Source: Adineta vaga
Lineage: Eukaryota; Animalia; Rotifera
Assembly (NCBI GenBank): GCA_021613535.1
Contig: CP075494.1
Location: forward strand, 11,842,001-11,906,000
Direction: 5' to 3'
DNA length: 64,000 nucleotides
Part shown: positions 52,605 through 64,000 of the stretch, piece after piece
How positions within the stretch are numbered: the first letter of the stretch is position 1
Layout of the letters: every line of letters starts with the position of its first letter
The notes under the pieces: generated by a model
What the model saw: only the letters and a program-made list of their open reading frames with translations
Told to the model about the DNA's origin: nothing
Databases searched by the model: none
Position numbers and translations under genes: made by a program

Positions 52605-55348
52605 TTACTCTGGCATAGCACAGCATACGATTCTCACTCGTCCAGTACCACCTGGTAATCCTAATGGTGCGCTACCAATTTGTGAGAAGCCACCAGCCTG
52701 AGGAAAGCCACCGTATTGTGGAAAAGCAGGTTGTTGAGGAAAACTATTGAATTGTGGGTAAGCACTTGGTTGAGGATAGGCAGCTGCCTGTGGATAAGCA
52801 CTTTGCTGAGGGAAGCCACCAAATTGTGGGTAAGCAGATGGTTGTGGATAAGCAGAAGCTTGAGGAAAACCAGCTCCGGGATAGCTGCTATAGGATTGTT
52901 GTGGAAAACCACCGTATGATGGTTGTGGTAGGGCACTATACGATGCTTGTTGTGGAAACGCTCCAAACGATTGTTGTGGATAAATGCTACTTAGTTGTGG
53001 TTGTTGTTGCGGAAAGCCACCATAACCACCGAAGCTTTGTTGACCATAGCTGGCAAGTCCAGTTTGAGGGTATCCTCCAAATGACTGTTGTGGATACATG
53101 CTACTAAATTGTGCTTGCATTTGAGGAAATCCACCATATCCTCCAAGACTTTGTTGACCATAACTTGCGAGACCAGTTTGAGGATATCCACCAAATGATT
53201 GTTGAGGATACGCACTACCAAACTGTGGTTGCATTTGAGAAAAACCACCAACTGCACCAAAGCTTTGTTGACCATAACCTGCGAGACCAGTTTGAGGATA
53301 TCCACCGTAACTTGCTTGTCCAAATCCACCATAACTTGGTTGACTAATACCACCATAACCTGCTTGTCCAAATCCACCATAACTTGGTTGACTAATACCA
53401 CCATAACCTGCTTGTCCAAATCCACCATAACTTGGTTGACTAATACCACCATAACCTGCTTGTCCGAATCCACCATAACTTGGTTGACTAATACCACCGT
53501 AACCTGCTTGTCCAAATCCACCATAACTTGGTTGACTAATACCACCGTAACCTGCTTGTCCGAATCCACCATAACTTGGTTGACTGATACCTCCATAACC
53601 TGATTGACCAAATCCACCATAACTTGGTTGGCTGAATCCACCGTAACTGGCTTGTCCAAATCCACCATAACTTGGTTGACTGATACCTCCATAACCTGAT
53701 TGACCAAATCCACTGAAACTTCCATACGGATTTGCACCAATACCTTTAGAAAAAACAAACATGAGTAAATTGAAAGAACAAAAAACTAGTTTGGTATTAA
53801 TTACTTGGTAGTCCCCCATATCCACCAAGACCTCCAAATTGTGGTAATGCTTGACTGGAACCTAAATGGAACATCAAATTAGTATAGAATATTTCTCAAA
53901 CAGAAATTCGCACCTCCATATGAAGATAATCCACCATAACCACCTCCCATACCGGGTGGACAGTATGGTTGCTGTTGTGCAATAGGCATTTGTGGAGCTA
54001 TAGAAGGTAACTGGAGTGACATTGAACAGCAATTTGGACCCATTTGAGGCATTGGCAATTGGGGCATTGGCATTTGTGGCATCATTGGTGCTGGAGCACA
54101 AGGCATTTGAGGCATTGGCAATTGGGGCATCATTGGTGCTGGAGCACAAGGCATTTGCGGCATTGGCAATTGGGGCATTGGCATTGGTGGCATTATAGGC
54201 ATTGGCATCGGTGGGGGAGCACATGGCATTTGGGGCATCATTGGTGGCATGATTGGGGGTGGTGCACAGGGCATTTGTGGCATTGGCATTGGCATTGGCA
54301 TTGGCATTGGGGGTGGTGCACAGGGCATTTGGGGCATTTGCATTGGCATTGGCATTGGCATTGGGGGTGGTGCACAAGGCATTTGTGGCATTATTGGTGG
54401 CATGATTGGTGGTGGTGCACAAGGCATTTGAGGCATTGGCATTGGCATTGGCATTGGTGGTGGAGCACAGGGCATTTGCATTGGCATTGGTGGTGGTGCA
54501 CAGGGCATTTGCATTGGCATTGGTGGTGGTGCACAGGGCATTTGCATTGGCATTGGTGGTGGTGCACAGGGCATTTGCATTGGTGGTGGTGCACAGGGCA
54601 TTTGCATTGGCATTGGTGGTGGTGCACAGGGCATTTGCATTGGCATTGGTGGTGGTGCACAGGGCATTTGCATTGGCATTGGTGGTGGTGCACAGGGCAT
54701 TTGCATTGGCATTGGTGGTGGTGCACAGGGCATTTGCATTGGCATTGGTGGTGGTGCACAGGGCATTTGCATTGGCATTGGTGGGGGAGCACAGGGCATT
54801 TGCATTGGCATTTGCATTGGCATTGGTGGTGGCGCACAGGGCATTTGCATTGGCATTGGTGGTGGAGCACAGGGCATTTGCATTGGCATTTGCATTGGCA
54901 TTTGCATAGGTGCTGGAGCACAGGGCATTTGTGGCATTTGCATTGGCATTTGCATGGGTGCTGGACCGCAAGGCATTTGAGGCATTGGCATTGGCATAGG
55001 CATTGGTGATCCACCACATCCACCCTGTTGGAGTAAGTTTTGGAATACACCGACTATATGATTTGGTACGCAAATCTGACGGACTTTTGGTCCACCCAAA
55101 CCCCCTGAAAGTATTGGATTAAAACCCGGTGGATATACACTACCGTATCCACCGAGTCCTCCTAGAGGAGGTTTCACAGATGTAATAAATGGTCCATCAG
55201 TTAAACCATAACCTATTGGATAACCTCCTCCGCTTGGTTGATAAGATGAACCGTAATTTTCGATATCCCCATAATTATTATAAGCCTCATAAGGGGCACC
55301 ATAATTGGCGATATCATTTCCTTGAACACGAGCATTACGACCTCCCAT
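52605..55348 (-). CDS. Low-complexity Pro/Met/Gln/Cys- and Gly/Tyr/Gln-repeat protein A (3 exons, ~880 aa)
   Basis: Exons 55348-53914, 53861-53805 and 53743-52605 join in frame (both introns phase 1). MG start, (MPMQMPCAPPP)n, (GGFGQAGYGGISQPSY)n and C-terminal PGGTGRVRIVCCAMPE. Confidence 0.85.
53310..53710 (-). repeat. Coding 48-nt tandem repeat (GGFGQAGYGGISQPSY), about 8 copies
   Basis: Direct repeats visible in both the DNA and the translation. Confidence 0.9.
54040..55005 (-). repeat. Coding tandem repeat with ~33-nt core (MPMQMPCAPPP) built on TGGCAT hexamers
   Basis: Near-identical units gcacagggcatttgcattggcattggtggtggt at ~54465-54800, degenerating towards both edges. Confidence 0.9.
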
Positions 55349-57687
55349 TATAAATATTTAAGAATTTATTTGAAGAGTATTTATATGAATATAAATGATT
55401 GTATTGTAGTGGATGGAATTGATGAGAAAACGAAACTGTTGAGCTGTTTAACAAATAGTAATATACAAATATAAAATAATTTTACTTGTTTATATATGAA
55501 AACTTATATCTTTTTCCTACCTTCGGTTTTGGTTAAAGGGGGAGTGGTTGAAGTTCTAGACGCAGACTGCGACTATATTAATATGAATGATTAGAACACC
55601 CTACATATAGAACCTCAAACCTTCTCTTTTTCTCTCTTCTTCCATGATCAATCGACCGCAGCCAAATTGTTAATGCAAAAAGAGAGAAAACGAGAGAAAT
55701 ATCACATGAACATTTCAATCTTCTATCCTCTCTTCTGTTGCATCCTTGTCTAAGGCCAACTTATGTCTTTTTCTTGGTCTTCGTGTTCGTCATTTCTCTC
55801 TCTCTTCGTCTTTCTCTCTTATCTAGTCACTTTTGGTCTCATTTTTTTTTCACGATTGGTGTAATTGCCTTTTTTAGTGAGTGTCTTTGCCGCCATCAGT
55901 GATGGCCTCACGAGTTTGAGATGGCGCGGTTATAATGAAAGACCTTGTTTTTACTTTGTACGTTCACTTGATTAATCGAATGAATAGATAGAACGAAACT
56001 ATGCATAGTATGCTTATTGTACAATACTGATGAATACCAGTGTGACAATTATATCGTCGCCCAACTAACAGACTAACTTGTCACACGCTTGTTATGAGTG
56101 TGGAATTGATTTCTTTCTCTTTCGCTTATATACTTGAGTAGAAGGTTTTCGTAATATATGTGTTAAAATGAATGTGATTGCTTCATCATCGTCAACTGAT
56201 AGACGGAACACAATCGATAACATACAAAGATTTTCATCATATTTTAACACTTTCATTAAATAGAACAAGAAGAGAAAGAGAGATGATAAAATATTTCGAG
56301 CGAGAAAAGAAAACGAAGAGTACTTTTTCAATAACACATCATCATTTTTTATTCTCAATTCTTTCTATTACATATTAGATCAAAATCATCAATCAAGTTT
56401 TATTTTAATGACCTTGTTCATTCAAATTGAAATAGTAGTTAACAAGAAATGTATTAACATCATGTAAAAATTTGATCAGATTCAGAACGACATCTTAGTT
56501 TTAGTATGTCTTTGTTTTATTGGACATTCTTTCATAATACTTTAAAACACTGAATATCGATGAAAATATTTTTCACCTTCCTTCAGACAAGGACAATTGA
56601 TACATATCGTCTTCATCGAATTAATTTTTGAATGCAGCTCATAATCGATTTTTTGAGAGATTTATGTTGCGTATGATGAATATTCAGACTTGTTATTATG
56701 TCTTGATTAAATCATTTTGTCAGAAGTGTAATAGTAGATTGAATAACTATCTGGATCATCATTATTCATTTCACGTCTATCACTAACAAGGAAAAACTTA
56801 GTAGTGCGTAACGTGTATCTTTAGTGACAAACATACATTTATTTATCTATCAATATCTGTCTATCAAATGAGTATGTCTAGTGAAATATACAAATCAGAA
56901 TGACAGCTATCAAAACCGCACAAATATTTAATATTTCGTTACTTTTACTAGTCCCTATCAGACCAAAATGAAGAGAAAAAAAGCTATCATCACGATCATA
57001 ATTAACTAGCTTCTTTTTAACATGTCTTTATATATACATATGTACATAGATAGATACATACATATATATATATGTATGATAAAAAAAAATTTAGATACAT
57101 TTCCGTTAGAAAATGATTAATAATTATTTCTGTGTAAATATGAAGACGTAGATAGGTGAAAGAAAAATCGAGTATAATTTGAGATAGTAAAATATATTTA
57201 TATTTTCTTCATTTATTTTTCTTGTCTAAACAAACTTTAATAAATGCGGCAATATGACAAACAGACACGCAGAAGAAAGTGAAAAGAGATCTATAAACAA
57301 AAAAAAAAATGGGAAGAAAACTCGACTAAAAACATCCTAAATCTGCGATGAAATATGAGCGTACAATCGTATAAGGAAACATCAATAAGCATTCTAATTA
57401 AATAGTAAGATAAATAGTGTCTTTAAATAAAATCGAACAAGTTTACTTGTTCAAAATAAATTGCATATATGCATATGTATGTGTCGATTGTTATTTGTTT
57501 GCTTGTTTGTTTGGAAAGAAAAAGTATTCTATTGAGTTGGACTATTATTAAACGACAAATTTTTGTGATAGTTTCTTTTATGAGCCCAGAAACACAAGAG
57601 TAAAAAGGAAGCAAGATGCGATTACACAGCAAAAGAAAAAGATCAAAAAAGAAAACAAATGTCTAACTGATAATCTAGAATGGAGTC

Positions 57688-60341
57688 TTAATTAGGAGCT
57701 GGAAAGCAACAGCAAATCATACGACCACTGCCTCCGGGTGCACCGCTTGGAGGTGGTTGAAATCCACCATATTGTTGTTGAGGTGGAGGTGGAAACGATG
57801 GTGGTGGTGGGGGTGGGGGTACATGAAATTGATCGGATTGACCGAAGCTAGGACCAGATTGTTGGAAGGCTGGTGGTGGTGGTGGTGGAGGAGGTGAATA
57901 GATTTGTTGTGGAGGTGGTGGCGGTAGTTGTTGTTGTGGTGGAGCAAAGTTAGGTGGTGGAGCAAAACTTGGTGGTGGTGGAGGAGGAGCGAAATTAGGT
58001 GGTGGAGGTGGTGGAGAAAAGCTTGGTGGTGGAGCAAAACTTGGTGGAGGAGGAAAGCTTGGTGGTGGAGCTTGGAATGATGGTTGTTGACCAATTGGTT
58101 GAGGAACTGGTACAGGTACTGGATATGGATGAGGATATGGTTGAGGAACTGGATCTAGATAATCAAATATCATTTTTTTTTCAATATAATTATCTTGCAA
58201 ATAAAAATTAAATTCTTACATGATTGAGGACCTGGAGCAGGTGGTGGGAATTGTGGTTGTGAGAATTGTGGTTGAGGAAATTGTGGTGGTGGTGCGGCTT
58301 GCATCTGTTGATAAGGTTGCATCAATGGCGCACCAACTGCTTGTAATGAACGCATCATACCCATTGGTGGAGCTTGAGCACCTACAATAAAATAAGTTGT
58401 TAGAAAAAAATAGAACTTCATATTGGAACATTTTGTTAAAATCCAAAATAAATTAGTATTTATTTTTACGTACCGAAATCACCACCTACTGGACAGTTTG
58501 GAGGAAATCCACCCATTTGTGGGGCTCCAAATCCTCCCATTTGTGGGGCACCAAATCCTCCCATTTGTGGGGCACCGAATCCTCCCATTTGTGGGGCTCC
58601 AAATCCTCCCATTTGTGGGGCACCGAATCCTCCCATTTGTGGGGCACCGAATCCTCCCATTTGTGGAGCACCGAATCCTCCCATTTGTGGAGCACCGAAT
58701 CCTCCCATTTGTGGAGCACCAAATCCTCCCATTTGTGGGGCACCAAAACCGCCCATTGATGGAATACCGGTAAATCCGGTGCCATAACCTATTATTGAAA
58801 TAGATTTTGCATAACTAATCTATCAATGCAATTTATAATAAAACATACCAGCACCAGCAGCACCTCCATAGGAAGCCAAACCACCGATACCTCCACCCTC
58901 AAAATATTCAAAAATCAAATAGTCAGTCATGCATCATTGATTTCTATATGAGACGATTCATATCGATGATGCACGCATAGTCGTTACCATTACGTAGACA
59001 AATTTATTTTACTTCGATAAAGTGTCAATGAAGATAGTGAATGACACAACATTGGTAGAGAACTACCGTAGCCTATGAATAATTATACAACATATATATT
59101 TTTCGAGAAAATATAGAAATAAACTAACCACCACTGAATCCACCGACGGCACCGCCAAATGGCATACCGCCACCCATTCCGAAACTAGCACCACCAAATG
59201 GCATACCGCCACCCATTCCAAAACCACCGCCAAGTGGTTGACCACCACCATAGCTGGCGAGGCCTATATTTTTCATACACAAAAAAGGCTATCTTTATCA
59301 ATAACATTTAAAATCAAGCAAAAAACGTACCACCGCCGAAACCGCCACCCATTGGTGGACACATAGGTTGTTGCATTGGCATAGGCATTTGAGGCATTGG
59401 CATAGGTGGTGGACACATCTGTTGGGGCATTTGCATTGGCATCTGAGGCATTGGCATTGGCATTGGCATTGGTGGTGGACACATCTGTTGGGGCATTGGC
59501 ATTGGTGGTGGACACATTTGTTGGGGCATTGGCATTGGCATCTGAGGCATTGGCATTGGCATTGGTGGTGGACACATCTGTTGGGGCATTTGCATTGGCA
59601 TCTGAGGCATTGGCATTGGCATTGGCATTGGCATTGGTGGTGGACACATCTGTTGGGGCATTGGCATTGGCATTGGTGGTGGACACATCTGTTGGGGCAT
59701 TGGCATTGGCATTGGTGGTGGACACATTGGTTGAGGCATTGGCATAGGCATGGGCATTTGTGGCATTGGCATTGGTGGACATGCTTGAGGCATAGGCATG
59801 GACATTGGCATTTGTGGCATTGGCATGGGGCAAGCTGATTGTGGAAATCTACAACAGAACAATATATTAATTATTTTGTATATTTTATCAAAACAATATA
59901 GAATTAATGTACTTACCCACCAGCAGCAGCACCACCTTGTGGGATGAAAATGACACGAATTTTAGGGGGAAGACCACCTCCTAAACCACCCATGCCACCA
60001 AGACCATAGCTACCAAGAGCACTTGAACCACCCATACCTAGTGGGGAACCGATGGGTGCTCGAGGAACAACAGCTGTAGTTACGTATCCTGTTCCGAATC
60101 CACCAGTTGGAAAACCACCTCCAGTTGGGTAAGCGCCACCAGTTGGATAGCCGCCACCATCTGAAAAATTTATATATGCATGTCAGTATGGAACCCAAGT
60201 AAATGAAAAGAAATTCAATCAAGACTTACAAGATACTGGATCATAAGCTCCTCCATAATAATCCATTCCATAGTTAGGATCATAGGGTTGACCATATCCT
60301 GAAAGACCAGGTTGTTGACGACGATTTACTCGATTTCCCAT
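57688..60341 (-). CDS. Low-complexity Pro/Met/Gln/Gly/Cys-repeat protein B (multi-exon, paralog-like to protein A)
   Basis: MGNRVNRRQQ start, GGLPPKIRVIFIP, (MPMPQQMCPPP)n, (MGGFGAPQ)n, poly-Pro and C-terminal PGGSGRMICCCFPAPN. Splicing between 58849 and 59129 is ambiguous. Confidence 0.8.
58512..58756 (-). repeat. Coding 24-nt tandem repeat (MGGFGAPQ), about 10 copies
   Basis: Direct repeats of ccatttgtgg(g/a)gcaccgaatcctc. Confidence 0.9.
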
Positions 60342-62567
60342 TTTGTCTAATATATTGCTGTATAACTAATCTAGTGCCTAGAACTAATAGAAAATATTTT
60401 ATATAAAATTCAATCATCAATAACTATATTTCATGTTTCCTCAAAAAGTAGCGGTAAAAATTTGTTTGTAATACTGCTGTCACACACTCACACACACACA
60501 CATATATATATATACATATATGTATATACTCTACCTACTCTTCTTCAAATGACGACCACGGCTGTCGATCTGGAGTAATCGATCTAATATGAATGCTTCT
60601 TATTTTATAGGTAAGCGGTTTCACCTTTGCTTCTTAGTTAACAACACAGGAGGAAGAGAGAGAGAGAGAGAAAAAAAAAAGAAAAATAGAAGAGAAGAAG
60701 TTTTTTCTGGTCGAAAAAAAACTTGCCCAGACGTTTGTCCCTAATTTTGAGGACGAAAATTGCACGATACAATTGGTTTATCATATCTTTCTTCGTATCG
60801 TCCATGCATCAGTCAGCGACGCAGAGAGGAAACGAAGGTTACTAATGCTAGTAATGGCATAAAAAAAAGAGAAATATGTTTTCTGTCGTCCACGGCCGTT
60901 TTGTCTATGGCAGAGAGAGAGAGAGAGACGAAAAGAGACAGAGAGAAAGAGAAGGAGACGAAAATGATTTTATTTACCACATTTATATTCACGGCCGGAA
61001 AACCGCGTATAATTTACCTGAACGTAGTTGTTGCTTTTAAAAACGAATGGTTATAAATGAAACGTTTTGTTCGAACGCATGCGAAAATAGAAATTGATCA
61101 GAAAGAAAAATTGACAAGTTACCATTTCATTTAACATGTGTATATATTTTTTTTCTGATAACCTTGTCGTTGATGAGTTGAAAAGGGTGCTTGCCTTTAC
61201 ACTAAAGATAGTGTGAGAGAGTGAGAAAAAGAGAAAGAAAATAAAGAAGAGACGTTTTTTGTAATCAATTTGATTGATCATCAATTTTTTTGTGGTTTCG
61301 CTTGATGTCTAACTATAATAACTATTTATTACGCTTTCAAGGTTAACACAACAAACTAAAGTGATCAACAAAACATCACTGAAACTGTGATATACAAGTT
61401 AAGATACATCAATGTATATTTCGAAGAGAGAAAAATAAACTTGTAATGAGCGTGAGAAGGAGAATTACTTTTTACCGATAATATCTAGGTAAACAAGTGT
61501 GATAATATATGCTTGTTGAATGCTTCAAGGCAAGTGCTGTTAATGAATAATAAACAATTTTTCATTTGCAATTTAATAGTGACTTAATTAATAATAATTA
61601 GTTTCAATTTGTGATGAAATGAAATTTTCTTCTCGATCAACACTCTTCAATATTCAATATCAAAATAAATTGATTCAATGCTACTCAAATGTATAATAAA
61701 TAACAACAAAATAGTAGACAAACTCCATTTCACTTACGACTTGAGAGTAATATTTGAAAATTAATCTCTACGACAACATTTTAATCATTAATAGTTATTC
61801 TCGGTTTTACATGTTGACAAATGAGTCGGATTTGTATTGCTTATATACATCTATTAAACATAGATATTACCGTTAGAAACGATTATTTTTAGTTTAACTT
61901 TACATATCTCTTTTTTACCTATTGTTTTTTTTAAATGTTTTTCTCTCTCTCCCTTTTCATTTCTTCAGTAGATCAATAACAACCTTCTTTTCAATAATAT
62001 TAGCAATACAGAAACAAGAAAGTATCCTTTTTGTTGCACATATTAATCGTAAAAAAATTATAAGAAATATTAGAGTCACTCCATGGTTGATTGCTTCACA
62101 CCACAATATCTATGCATGTACATATCACTTAACCACACCTCATCAACGTCATTTTTTTCTTATTAATTGAAATCATTTTTTTCAAAAGACTAGTTTTCGT
62201 CTTCTTCCTCTTCTCTCCTCCTCTCTTACTTTTTTTTCTCTGCTTTTACTCATCTACATTTTTATTTCATAGTCAGCAACATATTCACTCATTCGATGAT
62301 CAATTTCATTACATGTACTCTGATCTATATCTAATTCATATATCTTCCCTCTTTTCTTTTGCTGTTCTTCTTATACATATAAATCTGTGCATATCAATTC
62401 TAATGACTATTTTCTTTTTCTCACTTCGTTTTAACGTAGTTATTATAATCACCTCCTCAATAGATCAACGATCATCATTAACGCAATAAAAAATATACAA
62501 ACATGTGCTTTTTTTGCAGTTAAAAGATAGTTTGCTTCGTATATGTTTTGTATTTTTTTTAGATAGA

Positions 62568-63010
62568 ATGAACCGAGGACCCGCTCAAAGACAATTACAA
62601 GGTGCTCCAGCAATGAATCCGTAATTTTATGTCTTTTTTTTTTAAAGTTTATCCCTGGTTTTTTTTTTCATAGTCATGCACCAAGAAAACTTCCTGATCG
62701 CCGAGTGGGAGCTGGATTTCCTGGCGGTAACGGTGCCGGATACAATACAACTGCAAATGTTGAACCATGGGCAGTAACAGAATGGACTGAATATTACATT
62801 CCAACTGTTGCTGGTAATAAACGTCCCGTTATTTATGTTGCCGCTCCATTAAATCAATGTGCTATGGGTGGCATGGGTGGCATGGGTGGCATGGGTGGTA
62901 TGGGTGGTATGGGTGGTTTAGGAGGTATGGGTGGCATGGGAAGTTTAGGAGGTATGGGTGGTATGCGAAGTTTAGGAGGTATGGGCGGTGGATTTCCAAT
63001 GCGTCGCTAA
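62568..63010 (+). CDS. Small Gly/Met-rich protein C with a (GGM)n tail
   Basis: Two exons: MNRGPAQRQLQGAPAMNP-HAPRKLPDRRVGAG...EPWAVTEWTEYYIP...RPVIYVAAPLNQCA(MGG)n...RR*. Confidence 0.7.
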
Positions 63011-63323
63011 AAAAAGAGAAGATCTTTTTTCGACCTTCTCGTTTACCAAAACACAAGTTTTCTCTCTTTTAAGGAACGTTTAACACAAATATGATTTCGA
63101 AATTCTTTTAAATTGTTCGTACATATATGTGTCAATACGTGTGTTACATTTCTTTTTCTTTTCTCTTCATTTGAGGTTTCTATTTATTATTTTTCTCTAT
63201 CTTAGTTAACATTATTTTAACACATTACTTTTTTTTCTTTCTTTTCCAATATTTTTTTCCTTACTCTTGTCATTTATTTTAACAAAACAACAACAAACAA
63301 ACAATAATAATATGCTGACATAA

Positions 63324-64000
63324 TCAACGTTTTTTATGTAAACATGGTGCAAGTGTCAGAATAGCTTTAGATTTGACTTCTTCGGAAATCTTCACAAAAT
63401 CAAATGTATAGAAATATTTTGATGGTGTATTATTGCTTTTTTCTTCCATTGAATTCGTTTTCGAACATTGAAAACCCAAAGCTTCGATTTTTCGTATAAA
63501 TTTTTGTGGCTGATTTTCAAATCGTGATGCAATTTCAACGATTTTCATTGTTCCACGTAAACGAAGAATACGATGCGCTTCATGAATAAAATCAGTTAAA
63601 TTTGTTCCCATTAATGATAAACAAAAAATAACAATATCAACTGAATTTGTTTTCATTGGTGTATGTGCAATATCACATACCTGAACATGTTCATTCATTG
63701 CAACAAAATCAAAACTTGAGATATTTGGATGTGTTGATTTTAATGTTTGAGCAAGAAGAGCATCGCCACAGCCCATATCAACAATAGTATGATTTCCCGA
63801 ACGTTTACGAATATATGCAATAATTTCATCTAATGGTTGATCTGGCCAACGAGACATGCTTGTCTATGATAGAAAAATTTTAAAAAAACAATTTGTTGAA
63901 AAAATCTTCAAGAAAACTTACAGCATAACCTTGATGATAGGCATGAAATGATTGAGGATCTTTTTCAAACATTTTCTGAGCTTCTTTACTTGATGATGTA
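63324..64000 (-). CDS. RRP8: Ribosomal RNA-processing protein 8 / nucleomethylin methyltransferase (5' part outside the window)
   Basis: MFEKDPQSFHAYHQGY, WPDQPLD, DMGCGDA, SFDF, VDIVIFCLSLMGTN, EAHRIL, VEIASRF and LAPCLHKKR. Confidence 0.92.

Noticed and set aside
54044-55009. 321-aa His/Trp-rich ORF on the + strand (also 59368-59838)
   Set aside because: Antisense shadow of the Met-Pro repeat (TGGCAT reads Trp-His); confined to the repeat with no independent gene structure.
52991-55073. Alternative-frame ORFs ((NA)n, CQCKC and VVLVNQVMVD repeats)
   Set aside because: Stop-free frames produced by the tandem repeats. Only the Pro/Met/Gly frame has a unique start, in-phase splice sites and paralogous termini.

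Overview
AT-rich, gene-dense eukaryotic (animal) genomic DNA with many short (~50-70 nt) GT-AG introns. This style and the B-box/coiled-coil/NHL gene suggest a bdelloid rotifer or similar spiralian (inference). No prokaryotic operon, CRISPR array, rRNA or tRNA was seen. In order: a LIM-kinase-like gene apparently without LIM/PDZ domains; an intronless viperin (RSAD2) with an AP-1/kB-like/TATA promoter; a CIB-family EF-hand gene; an orphan PDH E1-beta fragment; RPB3; an XK-related scramblase; tektin-2-like; an ASLRPFamide neuropeptide precursor; SMIM15; IDH2; mRNA capping enzyme; an NHL-repeat gene; SNAP-25 with two alternative first exons; a small MITE-like element; four tandem NR1J/HR96-type nuclear receptors; ARL14EP-like tightly coupled to FoxJ2/3; an eclosion-hormone-like Cys-rich secreted precursor; three Pro/Met/Gln/Gly/Cys-rich low-complexity genes; and partial RRP8. 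The best candidates for undescribed biology are the low-complexity structural-protein cluster (52.6-63 kb), the two neuropeptide-type precursors, the nuclear receptor array with a shared E-box element, and the intronless viperin. Exon boundaries were derived by eye and family calls come from recalled motifs; no searches were run.
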